Assembly: GCA_041611095.1 (NCBI GenBank)
Contig: JBFINP010000003.1
Coordinates: 2,800-66,799 of the forward strand
DNA length: 64,000 nucleotides
Source: Acidimicrobiia bacterium
GTDB lineage: Bacteria; Actinomycetota; Acidimicrobiia; Spongiisociales; UBA5794
Direction of reading: 5' to 3'
Of the stretch, positions 46,818-56,811 are shown piece after piece. Each line of letters starts with the position of its first letter. The first letter of the stretch is position 1. The position numbers and the translations under genes were made by a program. A model generated the notes under the pieces. The model saw only the letters and a list, made by a program, of their open reading frames with translations, was not told the DNA's origin and made no database searches.

Positions 46818-46868
46818 ACCCCGGCGGCCATGGCGTCTATGCCGGAGGCGAGGCCGGTCGACCTAGGA

Positions 46869-46882
46869 TACAATCGATTGCA
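46869..46882. promoter_or_regulatory. LacI-type operator TACAATCGATTGCA
   Basis: 1 mismatch. Centre-to-centre distance to the site at 46804 is 65 bp. Lies 25 nt upstream of ATG 46907. Confidence 0.7.
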
Positions 46883-46906
46883 GCCCGACCGGGAGGAGCA
46901 TCGTCG

Positions 46907-47830
46907 ATGGCAGCGGAACACCGACTCGGATGGATCGGCACCGGCCGGATGGGCTTTGCGCTGTGTCGGCGGCTCCTCGATGCGGGTAGCGATCTCTGGG
47001 TCTACAACCGAACGCGGAGCAAGGCTGAGCCGCTCGAGGAGTTGGGGGCGAAAGTCGTCGACTCCCCGGGCGACTTGGCCGGCTGCGACATCGTCTTCAC
47101 GATGGTCGGTGGACCCAAAGACGTGATAGAGGTCACCACCGGCCCCAATGGCGTACTCGCCGGGTCGACGCGGCCCGAGGTCCTCGTCGACTCCACGACG
47201 ATCGACCCGAACACGAGCTCTCAACTCCGCGACGAGGCCGAAGCGCTCGGAGTCGGTGTGCTCGCCGCACCGGTGAGCGGCAACGCCAAAGTCGTGAAGT
47301 CGGGAAAGCTCACCGTCGTCGCATCGGGACCTCGGCCGGCCTACGACGCTGCCTTGCCCCATCTCGAGGCTTTCGGCCGCCGCGTGACCTACGTCGGCGA
47401 ACGGGACGAGGCTCGACTCGTGAAGCTGTGCCACAACCTCCACTTGGGTGTCGTCACCCAGTCGCTGGCCGAGATCACGATGCTGGCCGAGGCGGCCGGA
47501 GTATCGCGACACGACTTCCTTGCGTTCCTCAACGACAGCGTCATGGGCTCGACCTTCACCACGTACAAGACGCCCGCCTTCGTCAACCTCGATTGGACGC
47601 CCACCTTCACCTGGCATTTGCTGCGGAAGGACCTCGAGCTCGGCCTGGCGACGGCACGCGAGCTCGACGTGCCGATGCACACGGCGGCGCTGGTCCACCA
47701 GCTCGTTCTGGACGGGATCGGGCGTGGTCTGGGCGAGATGGATTTCGGCGCCCTCCTCGAACTCGAGGCCGCAGCCGCCGGCCGCCCCCTCGAATCGGAG
47801 GATCGCGAGGTCTCTGATGGTCTGGGCTGA
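46907..47830 (+). CDS. NAD(P)-dependent beta-hydroxyacid dehydrogenase (3-hydroxyisobutyrate/tartronate-semialdehyde reductase family)
   Basis: Trimmed to ATG 46907 behind GGGAGGAG. LGWIGTGRMGFALCRRL (GxGxxG), SGNAKVVKSGKLTVVASG and the 6PGD-like C-domain. Confidence 0.9.
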   Translation: MAAEHRLGWIGTGRMGFALCRRLLDAGSDLWVYNRTRSKAEPLEELGAKVVDSPGDLAGCDIVFTMVGGPKDVIEVTTGPNGVLAGSTRPEVLVDSTTIDPNTSSQLRDEAEALGVGVLAAPVSGNAKVVKSGKLTVVASGPRPAYDAALPHLEAFGRRVTYVGERDEARLVKLCHNLHLGVVTQSLAEITMLAEAAGVSRHDFLAFLNDSVMGSTFTTYKTPAFVNLDWTPTFTWHLLRKDLELGLATARELDVPMHTAALVHQLVLDGIGRGLGEMDFGALLELEAAAAGRPLESEDREVSDGLG

Positions 47831-47842
47831 GGGCGCCGTGCC

Positions 47843-49306
47843 ATGAGCGGGGAGCTCTTGCGGCAGATCACGCGAAACGGTGCGGCGAGGCTCTACGTCG
47901 GCGGCGAATGGGTCCCGGCATCCGACGGCGCCACGATGGACGTGCTCGACCCGGCGACGGGAGAGCGACTCGCCGAGGTCGCAAGCGCATCGGTCGATGA
48001 TGCCCTGGCAGCGGTGGGGGTTGCCTACGAGGCATCCGCATCGTGGGCGGCAACGCCGCCCCGAACCCGGGGCGAGATCCTCCGCAAGGCGTTCGAGATC
48101 ATGAACGCAAGGGCCGACGAGCTCGCCGAGCTGATCGTGCTCGAGATGGGCAAGGCCCTCCCCGAGGCACGGGGCGAGGTCACCTATGCCGCCGAGTTCT
48201 TCCGGTGGTTCTCCGAGGAGGCGGTGCGCAACCGGGGGACGGTCGGCATCGCACCGGGCGGCGACAAGCGCATCATCTCGCTGCACCAGCCGATCGGTGT
48301 GTCGGTGCTCATCACGCCGTGGAATTTCCCCGCCGCGATGGCCACCCGCAAGATCGGACCGGCCTTCGCCGCAGGGTGCACCGTGATCCTCAAGCCGGCC
48401 TCAGACACCCCGTTGACGGCGCTGGTTCTGGCCCAGATCCTCGAGGAGGCCGGGGCTCCCCACGGGACGATCAGCGTCATCCCGAGCCGGCGATCGGGCG
48501 CCGTCGGTGAGGCGATGCTGACCGACCCCAGGGTGCGCAACCTCTCGTTCACCGGCTCGACGCAGGTCGGGCGCTCCCTCCTCGAGGTGACGGCCCGCCA
48601 TGTTGTCCGCGCCTCGATGGAGTTGGGTGGCAACGCCCCGTTCCTCGTCTTCGACGACGCCGACATCGAGGCGGCCGTCGCCGGGGCGATGATCGCCAAG
48701 CTCCGTAACGGGGGGCAGTCGTGCATCGCCGCCAACCGGATGATCGTCCACGAGGCCGTGGCCGACGAGTTCTCGGCCCAGCTCGCCGCCGCCATGGCGG
48801 CGGTCACCACCGGCCCGGGTCTCGACCCGGGCGTCGAGCTGGGCCCGATGATCAACCAGGGTGCCCAGGACGACATGAAAGATCTCGTGAGCGTCTCCAC
48901 CGGTGCGGGTTCCGCGGTGGCGACGGGTGGCGCGGCCCCCGAGCGTCCCGGCTTCTTCTTCGAACCGACCGTCCTCACCGGGGTTGGCCACGACGATCCC
49001 ATCCTCCACAGGGAGATCTTTGGGCCGCTGGCTCCCGTGACCCGGTTCGAGACCGAGGAGCAGGCGCTGGCGCTCGCCAACGACACCGAGCATGGTCTGG
49101 CCGCCTACCTCTACACCGGCGACCTCGCCAGAGGGATGCGAGTAGCGGAGGCGATCGAGGCGGGCATGGTCGGCATCAATCGCGGGCTCATCTCGGATCC
49201 GGCCGCGCCCTTCGGTGGTGTCAAGGAGAGCGGTCTCGGCCGCGAGGGCGGCGAGCACGGCATCTTCGAGTTCCTCGAGACCAAGTACATCGCGGCCGAC
49301 TGGTAG
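47843..49306 (+). CDS. NAD(P)+-dependent succinate-semialdehyde/aldehyde dehydrogenase (GabD-like)
   Basis: ITPWNFPAAM, MELGGNAPFLVF (catalytic Glu), RNGGQSCIAANR (catalytic Cys) and FGGVKESGLGREG. Confidence 0.9.
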   Translation: MSGELLRQITRNGAARLYVGGEWVPASDGATMDVLDPATGERLAEVASASVDDALAAVGVAYEASASWAATPPRTRGEILRKAFEIMNARADELAELIVLEMGKALPEARGEVTYAAEFFRWFSEEAVRNRGTVGIAPGGDKRIISLHQPIGVSVLITPWNFPAAMATRKIGPAFAAGCTVILKPASDTPLTALVLAQILEEAGAPHGTISVIPSRRSGAVGEAMLTDPRVRNLSFTGSTQVGRSLLEVTARHVVRASMELGGNAPFLVFDDADIEAAVAGAMIAKLRNGGQSCIAANRMIVHEAVADEFSAQLAAAMAAVTTGPGLDPGVELGPMINQGAQDDMKDLVSVSTGAGSAVATGGAAPERPGFFFEPTVLTGVGHDDPILHREIFGPLAPVTRFETEEQALALANDTEHGLAAYLYTGDLARGMRVAEAIEAGMVGINRGLISDPAAPFGGVKESGLGREGGEHGIFEFLETKYIAADW

Positions 49307-49325
49307 CCCGTCCAGTGCCCGGGGG

Positions 49326-49823
49326 CTACGCCCCGCCGGTCGGCTTGCGTAGCCACACCATCTCCGTCTTGACGCCGGCGTCGGTGATCAGATTGAAGAC
49401 GGGACAGCGCGCTTCGGTCTCGGCGACGATCGCGGCCAGCCGCTCTTCGCTCTCGTCGGTCGTCACGGTGGCCTGGAGACGCACGGTCTGGTAGTGCGCC
49501 CGGACATCCCGTTTCCCCATCCGCCCTCGGATGTCGATGGTGAACGCCGCCTCGAACTGGATGCCCTCGTAGGCGAACCCGAACTCGTCGGCGGCGCGCC
49601 GGAACGTGACCGCCTCGCATCCGCACAACGCCCCGAGCACAGTCTGCAACGGTGAAGGACCCTCGCCGGTGCCGCCATGGGCGACCGGCTCGTCCGTGAC
49701 GAAGTGCCCGTACTCGCCGAAGTCGATGATGGTCATCATCGTTGCCTCGGTGGACGCAGAGAGCGTCTTGCGGCGTACGATCGGCTCGATCAGGTCCTCG
49801 ACGTTCTTGATCTCGGTGCCCAA
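49326..49823 (-). CDS. OsmC/Ohr-family peroxiredoxin-like protein
   Basis: GPSPLQTVLGALCGCEAVT and ETEARCPVFNL are the two conserved Cys blocks of the OsmC family. Confidence 0.85.
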   Translation of the reverse strand: MGTEIKNVEDLIEPIVRRKTLSASTEATMMTIIDFGEYGHFVTDEPVAHGGTGEGPSPLQTVLGALCGCEAVTFRRAADEFGFAYEGIQFEAAFTIDIRGRMGKRDVRAHYQTVRLQATVTTDESEERLAAIVAETEARCPVFNLITDAGVKTEMVWLRKPTGGA

Positions 49824-49839
49824 GACGCACCTCCTCGTG

Positions 49840-51045
49840 TCATGGCGAATCGGATGAAGGGTGGGGTAGGCGGGCCGGCTCCCGCGTGTCGGGTACGAGA
49901 ACCGCCGCCATCACCGTCACGACGGCGACGAACACAATGAGCGGCAGCGTCGCCAGCCCCTTTCCCGACGTCTCGTAGAGCACTCCGGCCAGCAATGGCG
50001 CCGCCAGGAGAGCGACATCGCCCGTCAATCGGAACATCGCCAGCTGTGGGCCGAGCCGGGCACCTTCGCTGAGGTCGGCGAGGATGGTTGCTCCGACGTT
50101 GACCCCCGACGAGCCGAGCGATGTCAGGATGATCGCCAGCCACCAGCCGGTGAGGGAGCTCCAGGCGGCGAAGCATCCAAGGCCGACGAGCTGCATGGCG
50201 AGGCCCGGGAGCAGCGCCCAGCGCCTCGAATACGCATCGGAGATCCGGCCGCTGACGAGGGCGCCGACGAGTCGGAGGAGCCCGGCGACGCCGATGGCGG
50301 CACCGACGACGCCGACGCCGAGGCCGAACTCGCCGTCGCCGACGATGGGTACCAGTGTCTGTAGCAAGGCACCTCCGATGGCGAACTGGACGGCGGGGAG
50401 GAGGTAGAGGGCGAATCGCACCGACCGGCGGATCGCCGGCAGCTCCGAGTCCGACGCGGCCATTGGTCGCATCGTCTTGGTTGTGCGCGGTGGTCGCATC
50501 AAGAGCAGCGCCATCGCCAGACCGAGGACGGCAGCCGCACCGAACGCCACTCTCCAGCTCGAGAGCGCGGCGATGGCGCCGCCGAACGCCGGCCCCACCG
50601 CCTGACCCACCAGCAATGCCGTGGCGAATCCGGACATCGCCACCCCGCGCCGCTGGCGGGGCGCCTCGGCGAAGGCGGCGATGCCGGTCGTGTTTGTCCA
50701 GGCCGATCCGACGCCGAGCCCGAAGGCGGCGACGAAGGCAACGGCGCTCGTCGGTGCGGCGCCCGCCAGCAGACTCCCCGAGGCCACGATCGTCGCCGCG
50801 ATCGCCAGCATGGACCGGCTGGGCCGGCTGTCGGTGAGCCGTCCCGCCGGAATGTCGGCGATGATGCGGCCCAGAGCGAAGACGGCGACGAACGCACCGA
50901 GGGCGGCAGGACCCATAGCGAGATCGCGACCCATCTCGGGGAGGAGAGGTGCGCGGACGTGCGCCGCCACCGTGATCGTGAACACACCAACGCCGACGAA
51001 CACGAGGCTCGGCGGCAAGGGCGGACGCTCGTGCTCCCGACTCAC
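49840..51045 (-). CDS. MFS transporter
   Basis: Trimmed to GTG 51045, which forms a GTGA overlap with the LacI stop. 12-TM-like profile and an MFS loop motif GRLTDSRPSRSM / GRISDAYSRR. Confidence 0.85.
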   Translation of the reverse strand: MSREHERPPLPPSLVFVGVGVFTITVAAHVRAPLLPEMGRDLAMGPAALGAFVAVFALGRIIADIPAGRLTDSRPSRSMLAIAATIVASGSLLAGAAPTSAVAFVAAFGLGVGSAWTNTTGIAAFAEAPRQRRGVAMSGFATALLVGQAVGPAFGGAIAALSSWRVAFGAAAVLGLAMALLLMRPPRTTKTMRPMAASDSELPAIRRSVRFALYLLPAVQFAIGGALLQTLVPIVGDGEFGLGVGVVGAAIGVAGLLRLVGALVSGRISDAYSRRWALLPGLAMQLVGLGCFAAWSSLTGWWLAIILTSLGSSGVNVGATILADLSEGARLGPQLAMFRLTGDVALLAAPLLAGVLYETSGKGLATLPLIVFVAVVTVMAAVLVPDTREPARLPHPSSDSP

Positions 51046-52058
51046 CGCACCGGAGCCGTCGAGCCGCGGACGGTGAGCTTGGGTTCGAGATGGACGCTCT
51101 CGATGGAAGCATTGCGATCGCCGACGAGGGCAAGCAACGTCCTGGCGGCCAGCTCGCCCATGTGGCGATAGGGGACGCTGACTGTGGTGAGGGGCGGCTG
51201 CATCATGTCGACGAACGGCATGTCGTTGTAGCCCGTCACCGAAACGTCGTCGGGGACCCGCCGGCCGGCTTGGTGGACGGCGCCGACGGTCCCCAGCGCC
51301 AGGAGGTCGTTCCCCGCCACGATCGCGGTGATGTCGGGCTTGCGCTTCAGGAGGGCCGTCGCCGCCTGCGCCCCGGGCTGGACGCGGAACCACTCGGCGG
51401 CCTCGACAGCCCCCACCGTCGGCAACCCGTGCCGGCCCATGTGGTCGGCAAAGGCACGCGCCCGGCCGGCACCGGTGGAGAGACGCTGTGGCCCGGCGAC
51501 GTGGCCGATGACTCGGTGCCCGAGCTCCACCAGGTGGTCGACGGCGAGCCCGATTCCGACATCGTCGTCACCAACGATGGCAGGGATGGCGGGGTCCGTC
51601 GCCTCGCGGTTCACGAGCACCACGGGTGTCCCGCTTGCGGTCACCTCGGCCTCGAGCGGGCTCCCCAGCTCGGCCGTGGCGAGGATGAGCCCGTCGACGT
51701 GGCGGTCGAGCAACGTGCTGATCACGGCCTCCGTGTGCTCCTGCTCGTTGTCGGTGTTGCCGATCAGCAGTGAGTAACCCTCGTTGCCGAGCGCCCGCTC
51801 CGCACCACGCACGAGCGGCGGGAACAGCGGATTCTCCAGGTCGGGCACCACGATCCCCACGGTGAAGGTGCGTGCGGTCCGTAGGCCCCGTGCCATTGGA
51901 TTGGGGCGGTACCCGAGCCGTTGAGCGGCGGCGAGCACGCGCTCGACGGTGGGAGGGCTGACCACCGACCGCGTTGTCGGATTGAGGGCGCGTGACGCCG
52001 TGGATGCGTGTACTCCCGCCTCTCGAGCCACGTCCGCGAGGTTGACGCGCTCGTTCAT
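51042..52058 (-). CDS. LacI/GalR-family transcriptional repressor
   Basis: Trimmed to ATG 52058. The HTH region is MNERVNLADVAREAGVHASTASRALN, followed by YRPNPMARGLRT (hinge) and a periplasmic-binding-fold sugar/ligand domain. Confidence 0.9.
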   Translation of the reverse strand: MNERVNLADVAREAGVHASTASRALNPTTRSVVSPPTVERVLAAAQRLGYRPNPMARGLRTARTFTVGIVVPDLENPLFPPLVRGAERALGNEGYSLLIGNTDNEQEHTEAVISTLLDRHVDGLILATAELGSPLEAEVTASGTPVVLVNREATDPAIPAIVGDDDVGIGLAVDHLVELGHRVIGHVAGPQRLSTGAGRARAFADHMGRHGLPTVGAVEAAEWFRVQPGAQAATALLKRKPDITAIVAGNDLLALGTVGAVHQAGRRVPDDVSVTGYNDMPFVDMMQPPLTTVSVPYRHMGELAARTLLALVGDRNASIESVHLEPKLTVRGSTAPVR

Positions 52059-52116
52059 CGCGGACCGTCGGGGCGCGGCACTCGGCTCCCGGGTCCGGGG
52101 AGCCGGCCGTCGCCCG

Positions 52117-52542
52117 TCACGACGCCCGGCTCGGGCCGTCCGGGGTCGCCGGGGCGGCGGGGGCCCAGGTGCACCGATCATCGCCGATCCACACGGTCGC
52201 GGACGGCGCAGGCACCCACAACTCGATGAAGCTGAACTCCTCCTGATGAGGGTTGTCGAACCAGTGGACCTCGCCTTCGTCCACCAGTGCAACGTCGCCG
52301 GCTCCGAGCTGGATCGGAGTCCCGTCGGCATGAAGAGTGCCGCAGCCCGACAGGATGAGGAAGAAGTGCTTGGCGTCGCGGTGGAAGTGGGGCGCCGCCG
52401 TGTCGCCGGGGTGGTACGTGATCCGATCGGCACGGACGTCGGTCAGACCAAAGATGTCCTCGGTGATGAGGTCGACGCGGTCTCGAGTGTCTCGCGTCGA
52501 AGTGAGTTGCGGAAGCTGATCGGCGTGGACCACGCGGGCCAT
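52117..52542 (-). CDS. Cupin-domain protein
   Basis: GDTAAPHFHRDAKHFFLILSGCGTL...GDVALVDEGEVHWF contains cupin motifs 1 and 2 (HxH...H). Confidence 0.8.
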   Translation of the reverse strand: MARVVHADQLPQLTSTRDTRDRVDLITEDIFGLTDVRADRITYHPGDTAAPHFHRDAKHFFLILSGCGTLHADGTPIQLGAGDVALVDEGEVHWFDNPHQEEFSFIELWVPAPSATVWIGDDRCTWAPAAPATPDGPSRAS

Positions 52543-52585
52543 TGATCACCTCTGTGCGACGGCACCACAACGCTACTACGCTGAC

Positions 52586-52601
52586 CTGCAATCGTTTGCA
52601 G
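52586..52601. promoter_or_regulatory. LacI-type operator CTGCAATCGTTTGCAG
   Basis: 1 central mismatch to the palindrome. Lies between divergent starts 52542 (cupin-LacI-MFS-OsmC operon) and 52668/52701, which implies autoregulation. Confidence 0.7.
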
Positions 52602-52667
52602 GAGGCGGCGGACCTGTGTCCGAGGAGATCAACCGAGGGCCGTCCACCCCGGGCCACGGGGTGCGGC

Positions 52668-53834
52668 GTGCACCGTGAGGAGGCGATCGGCCTCCGCCTC
52701 ATGGGCCACTCGGACCTCGGAGGCTTCGGAGATGGCATGCAGCTCATGCGATCGGGTGACGCCCTCTACGTCGGCCATTTCGGGCCCAGCGGGATGGGCA
52801 CCTCGATTCTCGACGTCTCCGACCCGGCACACCCCGAGGTGGTGACCCAATGGCGAGCACCCCCTCATAGCCACACCCACAAGGTGCAGGTCGCCGACGG
52901 TCTGTTGCTGACCAATCACGAGCAGTTCCGGAGCGACGAGCCGTGGTCGGCGGGTATGGCGGTCTACGACCTGGCAGACCCCTTTGCACCGCAACGCATC
53001 GGCTTCTGGGAGAGCAGCGGGCGCGGGGTTCACAGGATCGTCTACGAGGGTGGCCGGTACGCCTACGCATCGGCGACCCCCGAGGGCTTCACCAGCAGGA
53101 TCTGGGTGATCATCGACCTCGCCGATCCGGAGCACCCCGTCGAGGTCGGCCGCTGGTGGTGGCCCGGTCAATGGTCTGCCGGGGGAGAGCGGCCCACGTG
53201 GCCCGAAGGCGAGGATTGGAACACCCACCACGCCATGGTGAACGGGGAGCGCGCCTACCTGGGGTTGTGGGACGGTGGCATGGTGATCCTCGACATCGGC
53301 GACCTCGCGGCGCCGACCCTCGTCTCCCACCTCACCTGGCGGGAAGGCGGCGAGACTCATACCTGCCTGCCGCTCCCCAGCCGCGACCTCGTGGTCGTCA
53401 CCGACGAGGCCACGTCCGACGGATGTACCGGTCCACCGCACATGGTGCGGGTGGTCGATGTCAGCGACGAGACGGCGCCGGCCGTGCTCGCGACATGTCC
53501 CGAGCCTGTGGGCGACTTCTGTGATCGCGGTCTTCGCTTTGGATCCCACTGCCTCCACGAGAACAGGCCAGGCAGCTACCGCAGCGAGGAGCTCGTGTTC
53601 GTGACCTACTTCAACGCCGGGTTGCGGGTGTACGACCTCGCCGACCCCGCGGCGCCCGTCGAAGTCGCTTCATACGTGCCGCGCTGCCCGTCTGGACAGC
53701 AGGCGATCCAGATCAACGACGTGTGGGTCGGCGACGACCACGTGATCTACATCACCGACCGCATTCGTGGAGGCGTGTACATCCTGGAGCCCGACCCGGC
53801 GCTGGACGCCCGTATGACCGAGGCTGCTGCGTGA
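52668..53834 (+). CDS. LVIVD-repeat beta-propeller protein
   Basis: Repeated ...(I/V)(L/Y)D(V/L)(S/A)DPxxP... units: SILDVSDPAHPEVV, AVYDLADPFAPQRI, VIIDLADPEHPVEV, VILDIGDLAAPTLV, RVVDVSDETAPAVL, RVYDLADPAAPVEV. The start is uncertain (GTG 52668 or ATG 52701). Confidence 0.8.
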   Translation: MHREEAIGLRLMGHSDLGGFGDGMQLMRSGDALYVGHFGPSGMGTSILDVSDPAHPEVVTQWRAPPHSHTHKVQVADGLLLTNHEQFRSDEPWSAGMAVYDLADPFAPQRIGFWESSGRGVHRIVYEGGRYAYASATPEGFTSRIWVIIDLADPEHPVEVGRWWWPGQWSAGGERPTWPEGEDWNTHHAMVNGERAYLGLWDGGMVILDIGDLAAPTLVSHLTWREGGETHTCLPLPSRDLVVVTDEATSDGCTGPPHMVRVVDVSDETAPAVLATCPEPVGDFCDRGLRFGSHCLHENRPGSYRSEELVFVTYFNAGLRVYDLADPAAPVEVASYVPRCPSGQQAIQINDVWVGDDHVIYITDRIRGGVYILEPDPALDARMTEAAA

Positions 53835-54826
53835 GCGCGAGCATCGACGTCCACGCCCACTGTGTACCGGCCGAGCTGATGGCGGCGCTCGCCGCCGACG
53901 GCGCCGACTTCGGTATCGAGCTGACGGAGGACCGGCGTGCGGTCATCGCCGGGGGCAGACCAACCCTGCCCATCAGGGACGACCTCGTCGACTTCGACCT
54001 GCGCCTGGCGTCGATGGACCGCGCCGGCATCGAGCTCCAAGCGCTCTCGAGCTGGGTCAACCTGACGGCGTATGGCCTCGATGCCGCCCCCGGAGCGAGG
54101 TGGTCGCGCCGCGTCAACGAGGCACTTGCCGTAGAGGCCGCCCGCCGCCCCGACAGGTTCGTGGCCTTGGCGACGGTACCGCTGCAGGATCCCGACGTAG
54201 CAGCCGCCGAGCTGGCCTACGCAGTGGGTGACCTGGGCATGGTGGGTGTCGAGATCGCGACCAGGGTCGGAGCGACAGATCTCGTCACGGCGGATCTCGA
54301 CCCCTTCTGGGCGGCTGCCGAGCGGCTGGGCAGTCTCGTGTTGCTGCATCCCATGGATCCGCTCCCCGGCATCGACCTCAAGCGCCATTTCCTCCACAAC
54401 ATGGTGGGCCGCCCCGCCGAGACGACCATTGCGATCGCCCGCCTCGTCATGGCCGGCGTCTTCGACCGCTACCCGAAGCTCAAGGTCTGCGTGGTCCACG
54501 GAGGAGGGTTTCTGCCCTATCAGATCGGCCGCATGCAGCAGGGATGGCGGGCCATGCCGGGTGTCGCCGACACCGATCTGAGGACACCACCGCTCGAGAC
54601 GCTGCGCCGCCTCTACTTCGACACGGTCCTGCACAACCCTCAGGCGCTCCGCTACCTCATCGACCTCGTCGGCGCCGACCGCATCATGATCGGGACCGAC
54701 TATCCCTTCGAGGCCGGTGACCACGACCCGCTCGCCACGATCGAAGCCATACCCCGGCTGACCGGGGACGAACGCACCATGATCCTGTCGGGCACTGCAC
54801 GGACCCTGATCGGAGGACAACCATGA
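53831..54826 (+). CDS. Amidohydrolase_2 (ACMSD / gamma-resorcylate decarboxylase-like) metal-dependent hydrolase/decarboxylase
   Basis: GTG 53831 forms a GTGA overlap. IDVHAHCVP (HxH), VLLHPMDP, VCVVHGGGFLPYQIGR and MIGTDYPF are family hallmarks. Confidence 0.9.
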   Translation: MSASIDVHAHCVPAELMAALAADGADFGIELTEDRRAVIAGGRPTLPIRDDLVDFDLRLASMDRAGIELQALSSWVNLTAYGLDAAPGARWSRRVNEALAVEAARRPDRFVALATVPLQDPDVAAAELAYAVGDLGMVGVEIATRVGATDLVTADLDPFWAAAERLGSLVLLHPMDPLPGIDLKRHFLHNMVGRPAETTIAIARLVMAGVFDRYPKLKVCVVHGGGFLPYQIGRMQQGWRAMPGVADTDLRTPPLETLRRLYFDTVLHNPQALRYLIDLVGADRIMIGTDYPFEAGDHDPLATIEAIPRLTGDERTMILSGTARTLIGGQP

Positions 54827-55962
54827 CCAGCACGCTCGGGTTCGCCCCCAGCGAAGACCCGTTCGTCGTGGAGCATGGCGGCTTCTACCGGCGATGGTTG
54901 TCGATGATCGACGACATGTCCGAACTCGAGACCCTCGTGGGTCGGCTCGAGGGAACGACGGAGGACAAGTGGGTACCGGTGTGGCGTTCGGCGGGTCGCC
55001 GCCACGAGGACGCCGGGGATGCGCTCGAGGAGACCGGAGATCTCGCCGGGGCGCGCACGGCCTACCTCCAGGCTAAGACCTACTACGCGATCGCCCGCTT
55101 CCCCGGCGAGATCACCCCGCTCAAGGCCGAGGTCAGCGCCGAGTGCGCTCGTGCGTACCGCAAGGCCTGCCGCCATCTCGACCCTCCCTTGGAGATCGCC
55201 GCCGTCGATTGCGAGGGCCAGACGATCACGACCCACTTCCGTGCCCCTCCGGGCTCGGGTCCCGACAATCCGGCCCCCGCCGTCCTGGTCATGTGCGGAG
55301 CCGACGTCTTCAAGGAAGACCGCGGCTGGGCAGGGGAGATGGCCCTCGACGAAGGGCTGGCTTCACTCGTCATGGATGGCCCCGGCACGGGTGAGAACCC
55401 CTTTCCGTGGGACCCGGCCTCGGTGAGAGCATGGGTCGCCGCCATCGACTACCTGGCGGGTCGGACCGAGGTGGATGCCGACCGCATCGCCGCGTTCGGG
55501 ATCAGCCGCGGCGGCTATTCGGTGATGCAACTCGCCGGAACTCATCCGGAGCGGGTCAAGGCGGTCGTGGCCATCGCCGGTCACCCGTTCGGCTACCAGA
55601 TGACGGACGCAGAGCTGGATGAGTACATCGCGGCGCTCAACAGACGCTCTTCCTTCGTGTTCGGAGAGCCCGGCGGTCCGCCTTCGTTCCCGACGTGGTC
55701 GCGCAAGAAGGATCGCGAGATGTTCGACAGGTGGGCGCTGTCCAAGCTCGGGGTCCTCGAGGCGATCACCCAGCCAATCCTGATGATCAACGGCAAGCAC
55801 GACCATCTGGCGCCGATCGGCAACATCTACTTCATGCTCGAGCACGGCCCGGTGACCGGGCGGGAGGCCCGGGTCTACCCGGACGCCGGTCATTGCGCCT
55901 TCAAGTACTTCCGGGAGTGGGCTCCGGCCTCCTTTGCGTGGATCCGGCGGAAGCTCGGTTGA
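54823..55962 (+). CDS. Alpha/beta hydrolase, FrsA/DUF1100-like esterase
   Basis: ATG overlaps the upstream TGA. TAYLQAKTYYAIARFP is the FrsA-like N-domain. GISRGG is the nucleophile elbow. Also INGKHDHLAP...GHC. Confidence 0.85.
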   Translation: MTSTLGFAPSEDPFVVEHGGFYRRWLSMIDDMSELETLVGRLEGTTEDKWVPVWRSAGRRHEDAGDALEETGDLAGARTAYLQAKTYYAIARFPGEITPLKAEVSAECARAYRKACRHLDPPLEIAAVDCEGQTITTHFRAPPGSGPDNPAPAVLVMCGADVFKEDRGWAGEMALDEGLASLVMDGPGTGENPFPWDPASVRAWVAAIDYLAGRTEVDADRIAAFGISRGGYSVMQLAGTHPERVKAVVAIAGHPFGYQMTDAELDEYIAALNRRSSFVFGEPGGPPSFPTWSRKKDREMFDRWALSKLGVLEAITQPILMINGKHDHLAPIGNIYFMLEHGPVTGREARVYPDAGHCAFKYFREWAPASFAWIRRKLG

Positions 55963-55968
55963 GCCCGG

Positions 55969-56811
55969 TCAGCGCAGCGGGGCGAGCGCGGCGGCGATGA
56001 CGGGGACGGGGTCCGCCTCAACCGGTGGGAACTTGGTGACCAGGATGTGTGAAGCGCCTGCCTCCAGGAAGCGGCCGGCCAGCTCGGTGAGCTCGCCCGG
56101 CGACTCCGGCATGCGGATCTGCACCGACACCTCGATGTCGCCGGCGTCCCGACCGATCTCGGCGCACAGCTCGCGCAGCAGCTCGTGGTGCTGCACCAGG
56201 GTCTCCGGTGGCTCCTCCGGGTTGAAGTAGTTCCAGTGGTCGGCCCAGCGGGCGACGAGCGGCATCGTGCGACGGGGGCCGATGCCGCCGATGACGAGCG
56301 GGGGGCGCGGCTTCTGCACCGGCTTCGTCATCAGCGTGGCGCCGGACAGGCGGAAGTGGGTGCCGTCGAAGCTGAAGGTGTCCCGGGTCAGGAGGCCGTC
56401 CACGATCTCGAGGGCTTCGGCGAGCCTTGCCCACCGCTCGGCAGGGCTTCCCAGATCGATGCCAAAAGCATCGTGCTCGGCCTCGTGCCAGCCTGCGCCC
56501 AGTCCGATCTCGAGCCGTCCCCCGGAGATCCGATCGACAGAGACCGCCATGTGGGCGAGCAACGCCGGGTGGCGGAACGTGTTGGAGCTCACCATCACGC
56601 CGATCCGGAGCCGCGACGTGATGGCGGCCAGCGATGCCAGCGTGGTCCACGACTCCCACATCGGCCGGATGGGGCCGCGCGGCGGGTAGAAATGGTCGAA
56701 GAGCCAGCCGGCATCGAAGAACCCGGCGGCATCGGCGTCTCGCCAGCTCGCCGACAGATCCGGCCACGAGATGTCGACCGGGGCGATCTTGAAGGAGAAC
56801 TTGGGAGTCAC
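55969..56811 (-). CDS. LLM-class (luciferase-like) flavin/F420-dependent oxidoreductase
   Basis: Trimmed to GTG 56811 (GTGA overlap). LFDHFYPP, RLRIGVMVSSNTFRHPALLA and GRLEIGLGAGW. Confidence 0.85.
   Translation of the reverse strand: MTPKFSFKIAPVDISWPDLSASWRDADAAGFFDAGWLFDHFYPPRGPIRPMWESWTTLASLAAITSRLRIGVMVSSNTFRHPALLAHMAVSVDRISGGRLEIGLGAGWHEAEHDAFGIDLGSPAERWARLAEALEIVDGLLTRDTFSFDGTHFRLSGATLMTKPVQKPRPPLVIGGIGPRRTMPLVARWADHWNYFNPEEPPETLVQHHELLRELCAEIGRDAGDIEVSVQIRMPESPGELTELAGRFLEAGASHILVTKFPPVEADPVPVIAAALAPLR

Noticed and set aside
49304-49328. TAGCCC...GGGCTA pairing between the convergent stop codons of the ALDH and OsmC genes, considered as a bidirectional terminator
   Set aside because: The stem is only 6 bp, the loop is long and there is no U-tract. 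The pairing is largely a by-product of the two stop codons (TAG/CTA).
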